Positions 4,134 to 5,601 of a DNA stretch of 5,601 nt are shown piece after piece; the first letter of the stretch is position 1; every line of letters begins with the position of its first letter. Made by a program: the position numbers and the translations under genes. The stretch is from positions 1 to 5,601 of IMG/VR virus record IMGVR_UViG_3300030397_000042; one strand, 5' to 3'. Under the pieces are notes generated by a model. The model did not search any database, was not told the DNA's origin, and saw only the letters and a list, made by a program, of their open reading frames with translations. The stretch comes from a virus.

Positions 4134-4390
4134 AAGTTAAACTGTATGCTGTTTTAGATAGTGCTAGTGGGGTGTATGATGGTCCGGTTCCGGCTCAAGC
4201 TGATGGAGTCGCGATGCGTAATTTTCTGAATGTCGCTAAGAACCCTGATAGTCCTATTGGTAAGAATCCTGAGCATTTTAGTATTTGGCGTGTTGGGGAA
4301 TACAACGATGCTACTGGTGAAGTGACTCCTGAGACTAAGGAGTGTTTGGGACATGCGTTAGATTTGTTAACGCCTACTGAGGAAGAGTAA
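4130..4390 (+). CDS. VP5: Nonstructural protein VP5 (gokushovirus ORF5 family), 86 aa
   Basis: GGAGGA (4115-4120) lies 9 nt before ATG 4130. The pattern MKVKLYAVLDSASGVYDGP...AMRNF...KNPEHFSIWRVGEYNDATGEV matches the conserved VP5 layout (MK.F.V.D.K...F......A.R.F........HPEDF.L.E.G.FDD.TG). It occupies the canonical position between VP4 and VP1. Confidence 0.8.
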   Translation: MKVKLYAVLDSASGVYDGPVPAQADGVAMRNFLNVAKNPDSPIGKNPEHFSIWRVGEYNDATGEVTPETKECLGHALDLLTPTEEE

Positions 4391-5601
4391 ATGCGAAGTG
4401 TGATGAAGCATTCGTTTAGTGAGGTGCCGAGGGCGGATATTCCGCGTTCTAGTTTTAATCGGTCTCATGGTTATAAGACGACGTTCGATGCTGATGGGTT
4501 GGTTCCTGTATTTGTTGATGATATAGTGCCGGGTGATACTTTTAACTGTAATATGAATTTTTTTGCTAGGCTGGCTACGCCGTTGCATCCTATTATGGAT
4601 AATTTGTATCTTGAGAGTTTTTTCTTTTTTGTGCCGTATCGTTTGGTATGGGATAACTGGGAAAAGATGCATGGTGCGCAGGATAATCCTACCGATTCGA
4701 TTGATTTTACGGTGCCCGTTGCTACGTGGGGTGGGTCTCATAGTCTAGGTGGTACTTATGATTATATGGGTCTACCTACGGGTATTGCTAATGTTAGTAA
4801 TATTGTGCATCAGTTGCCTTTTAGGGCGTATAATCTGATTTGGAATGAGTGGTTTCGTGATGAGAATCTACAAAATAGTGAAGTCGTAGATACTGATGAC
4901 GGTCCTGATAGTCCGGCTGATTATGCTCCTTTGCTGAAGCGTGGTAAGAGACATGATTATTTTACGTCGTGCTTGCCGTGGCCTCAGAAGGGTGATGCTG
5001 TTTCGTTGCCGCTTGGTACTGTGGCTCCTGTCGAAGGTCTTACTGCTGATACTGGTCCTACGTTTGCTAGAGTGGGTTCTGCTGGTGTTGATAGTTATGG
5101 CCTTATGAATCAGACTGGTGTTGCCGATTTCGTGTGGCAGACTGATGATACTAATGGGGCGGCGGCGTGGCTTTCTACTGGTCTACAGGCTAATTTGGCT
5201 AGTGCTACTGCTGCTACTATTAATGATTTGAGGCTTGCGTTTCAGACTCAGAGGTTATTGGAGCGTGATGCCCGTTCGGGAACTAGGTATAATGAACTTA
5301 TCTTATCTCATTTTGGTGTTACTGTGCCTGATTTTCGTGTACAGCGCCCTGAGTTTCTTGGTGGTGGAAGTGAGAAGATTAATGTTAATCCCGTCGCACA
5401 GACTAGTGGTCAGCCTACTCCTGCGAGTGATGATATGCTTGGGCAGTTGGCTGCTTTTGGTACTGTATCGGGAAGTCATGGGTTTACGAAGTCCTTTGTG
5501 GAGCATGGTGTAGTTATTGGGCTTGTGAATGTTCGTGGTGACATTACTTATAGTCAAGGAATTGAGCGGTACTTTACGAAGCAGACTAGGTATGATTTTT
5601 A
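4391..5601 (+). CDS. VP1: Major capsid protein VP1, 5' part, open at the window end. The full CDS is 4391..5478 plus 1..511, 1599 nt and 532 aa.
   Basis: It is absent from the ORF track because it has no stop inside the window. ATG 4391 directly follows the VP5 TAA, and GAGGA (4379-4383) lies 7 nt upstream. Hand translation finds no stop before 5601. Sequence includes MRSVMKHSFSEVPRADIPRSSFNRSHGYKTTFDADGLVPVFVDDIVPGDTF...LPFRAYNLIWNEWFRDENLQ...RHDYFTSCLPWPQKG...INDLRLAFQTQRLLERDARSGTRYNELILSHFGV...RPEFLGGG, which are hallmark gokushovirus VP1 blocks. Confidence 0.95.
   Translation, partial: MRSVMKHSFSEVPRADIPRSSFNRSHGYKTTFDADGLVPVFVDDIVPGDTFNCNMNFFARLATPLHPIMDNLYLESFFFFVPYRLVWDNWEKMHGAQDNPTDSIDFTVPVATWGGSHSLGGTYDYMGLPTGIANVSNIVHQLPFRAYNLIWNEWFRDENLQNSEVVDTDDGPDSPADYAPLLKRGKRHDYFTSCLPWPQKGDAVSLPLGTVAPVEGLTADTGPTFARVGSAGVDSYGLMNQTGVADFVWQTDDTNGAAAWLSTGLQANLASATAATINDLRLAFQTQRLLERDARSGTRYNELILSHFGVTVPDFRVQRPEFLGGGSEKINVNPVAQTSGQPTPASDDMLGQLAAFGTVSGSHGFTKSFVEHGVVIGLVNVRGDITYSQGIERYFTKQTRYDF
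5479..5601. repeat. Terminal direct redundancy, copy 2 (identical to 1-123)
   Basis: See copy 1. This is an exact 123-nt duplicate, consistent with assembly or linearisation overlap of a circular genome. Confidence 0.97.

Noticed and set aside
4673-4700. GGTGCGCA (identical to the first 8 nt of the E. coli dif XerC arm) inside VP1, and TTAATGTTAAT at 5379-5389, which resembles a XerD arm.
   Set aside because: Each is an isolated half-site inside coding sequence. The partner arm at the required 6-nt spacing is absent (GGTGCGCAGGA-TAATCC-TACCGATTCGA; no XerC-like arm upstream of 5379). Single 8-nt matches are expected by chance.
934-5557. All twelve minus-strand ORFs in the track: 934..1158, 957..1349, 1404..1853, 1424..1681, 1939..2163, 2233..2466, 2785..3099, 3145..3906, 3852..4085, 4154..4354, 4367..4741 and 5303..5557.
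   Set aside because: Each lies antisense to a well-supported + strand gene or to the hairpin region. Their products are low-complexity I/T/S/N/R/H-rich strings, or P/G/A-rich strings opposite the VP3 tail. This is the expected pattern when reading the complement of a T-rich coding strand. No SD sequences were seen, and microviruses transcribe one strand only.
1-5601. A search by eye for tRNA or rRNA genes, CRISPR repeats, IS or transposase genes, an integrase, and inverted terminal repeats.
   Set aside because: There are no regularly spaced direct repeats and no cloverleaf-compatible segment. The GC-rich hairpins do not fit tRNA geometry. There is no ORF with DDE, tyrosine-recombinase or serine-recombinase hallmarks. 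The only long repeat is the 123-nt circularisation overlap.

Overview
The window is one complete, circularly permuted genome of a Gokushovirinae-type microvirus (ssDNA, Microviridae). Bases 1-123 are identical to 5479-5601, so the unit circle is 5478 nt. The linear cut falls inside the major capsid gene VP1, whose full CDS is 4391..5478 joined to 1..511 (532 aa).

All credible genes lie on the visibly T-rich + strand. From 2818 around the junction to 1715 they form one nearly gapless chain with gaps of 3 nt or less, or ATGA/TAATG overlaps. The order is:
- VP8 (J-like, 38 aa, absent from the ORF track)
- VP4 (HUH rolling-circle Rep)
- a 60-aa zinc-ribbon ORF
- VP5
- VP1
- VP2 (pilot protein)
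- VP3 (internal scaffold)

The only loosely packed stretch is an accessory island of about 1.1 kb (1716-2817) between VP3 and VP8. It contains:
- a run of four GC-rich stem-loops (1677-1804), one of which is a good intrinsic terminator
- a dif-like XerC/XerD site (1845-1870)
- a sigma70-like promoter (1874-1901)
- a translationally coupled pair of small ORFs (acidic 55 aa, then lysine-rich helical 66 aa)
- a second array of four GC-rich stem-loops (2322-2499)
- a 63-aa predicted lipoprotein with a textbook lipobox

The VP3 coding sequence also holds a 12-nt exact copy of the phiX174 origin nick-site core. No rRNA, tRNA, CRISPR array or transposase was seen. All minus-strand ORFs in the track look like antisense artefacts.

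Family assignments come from motif recognition by eye. No database search was possible.
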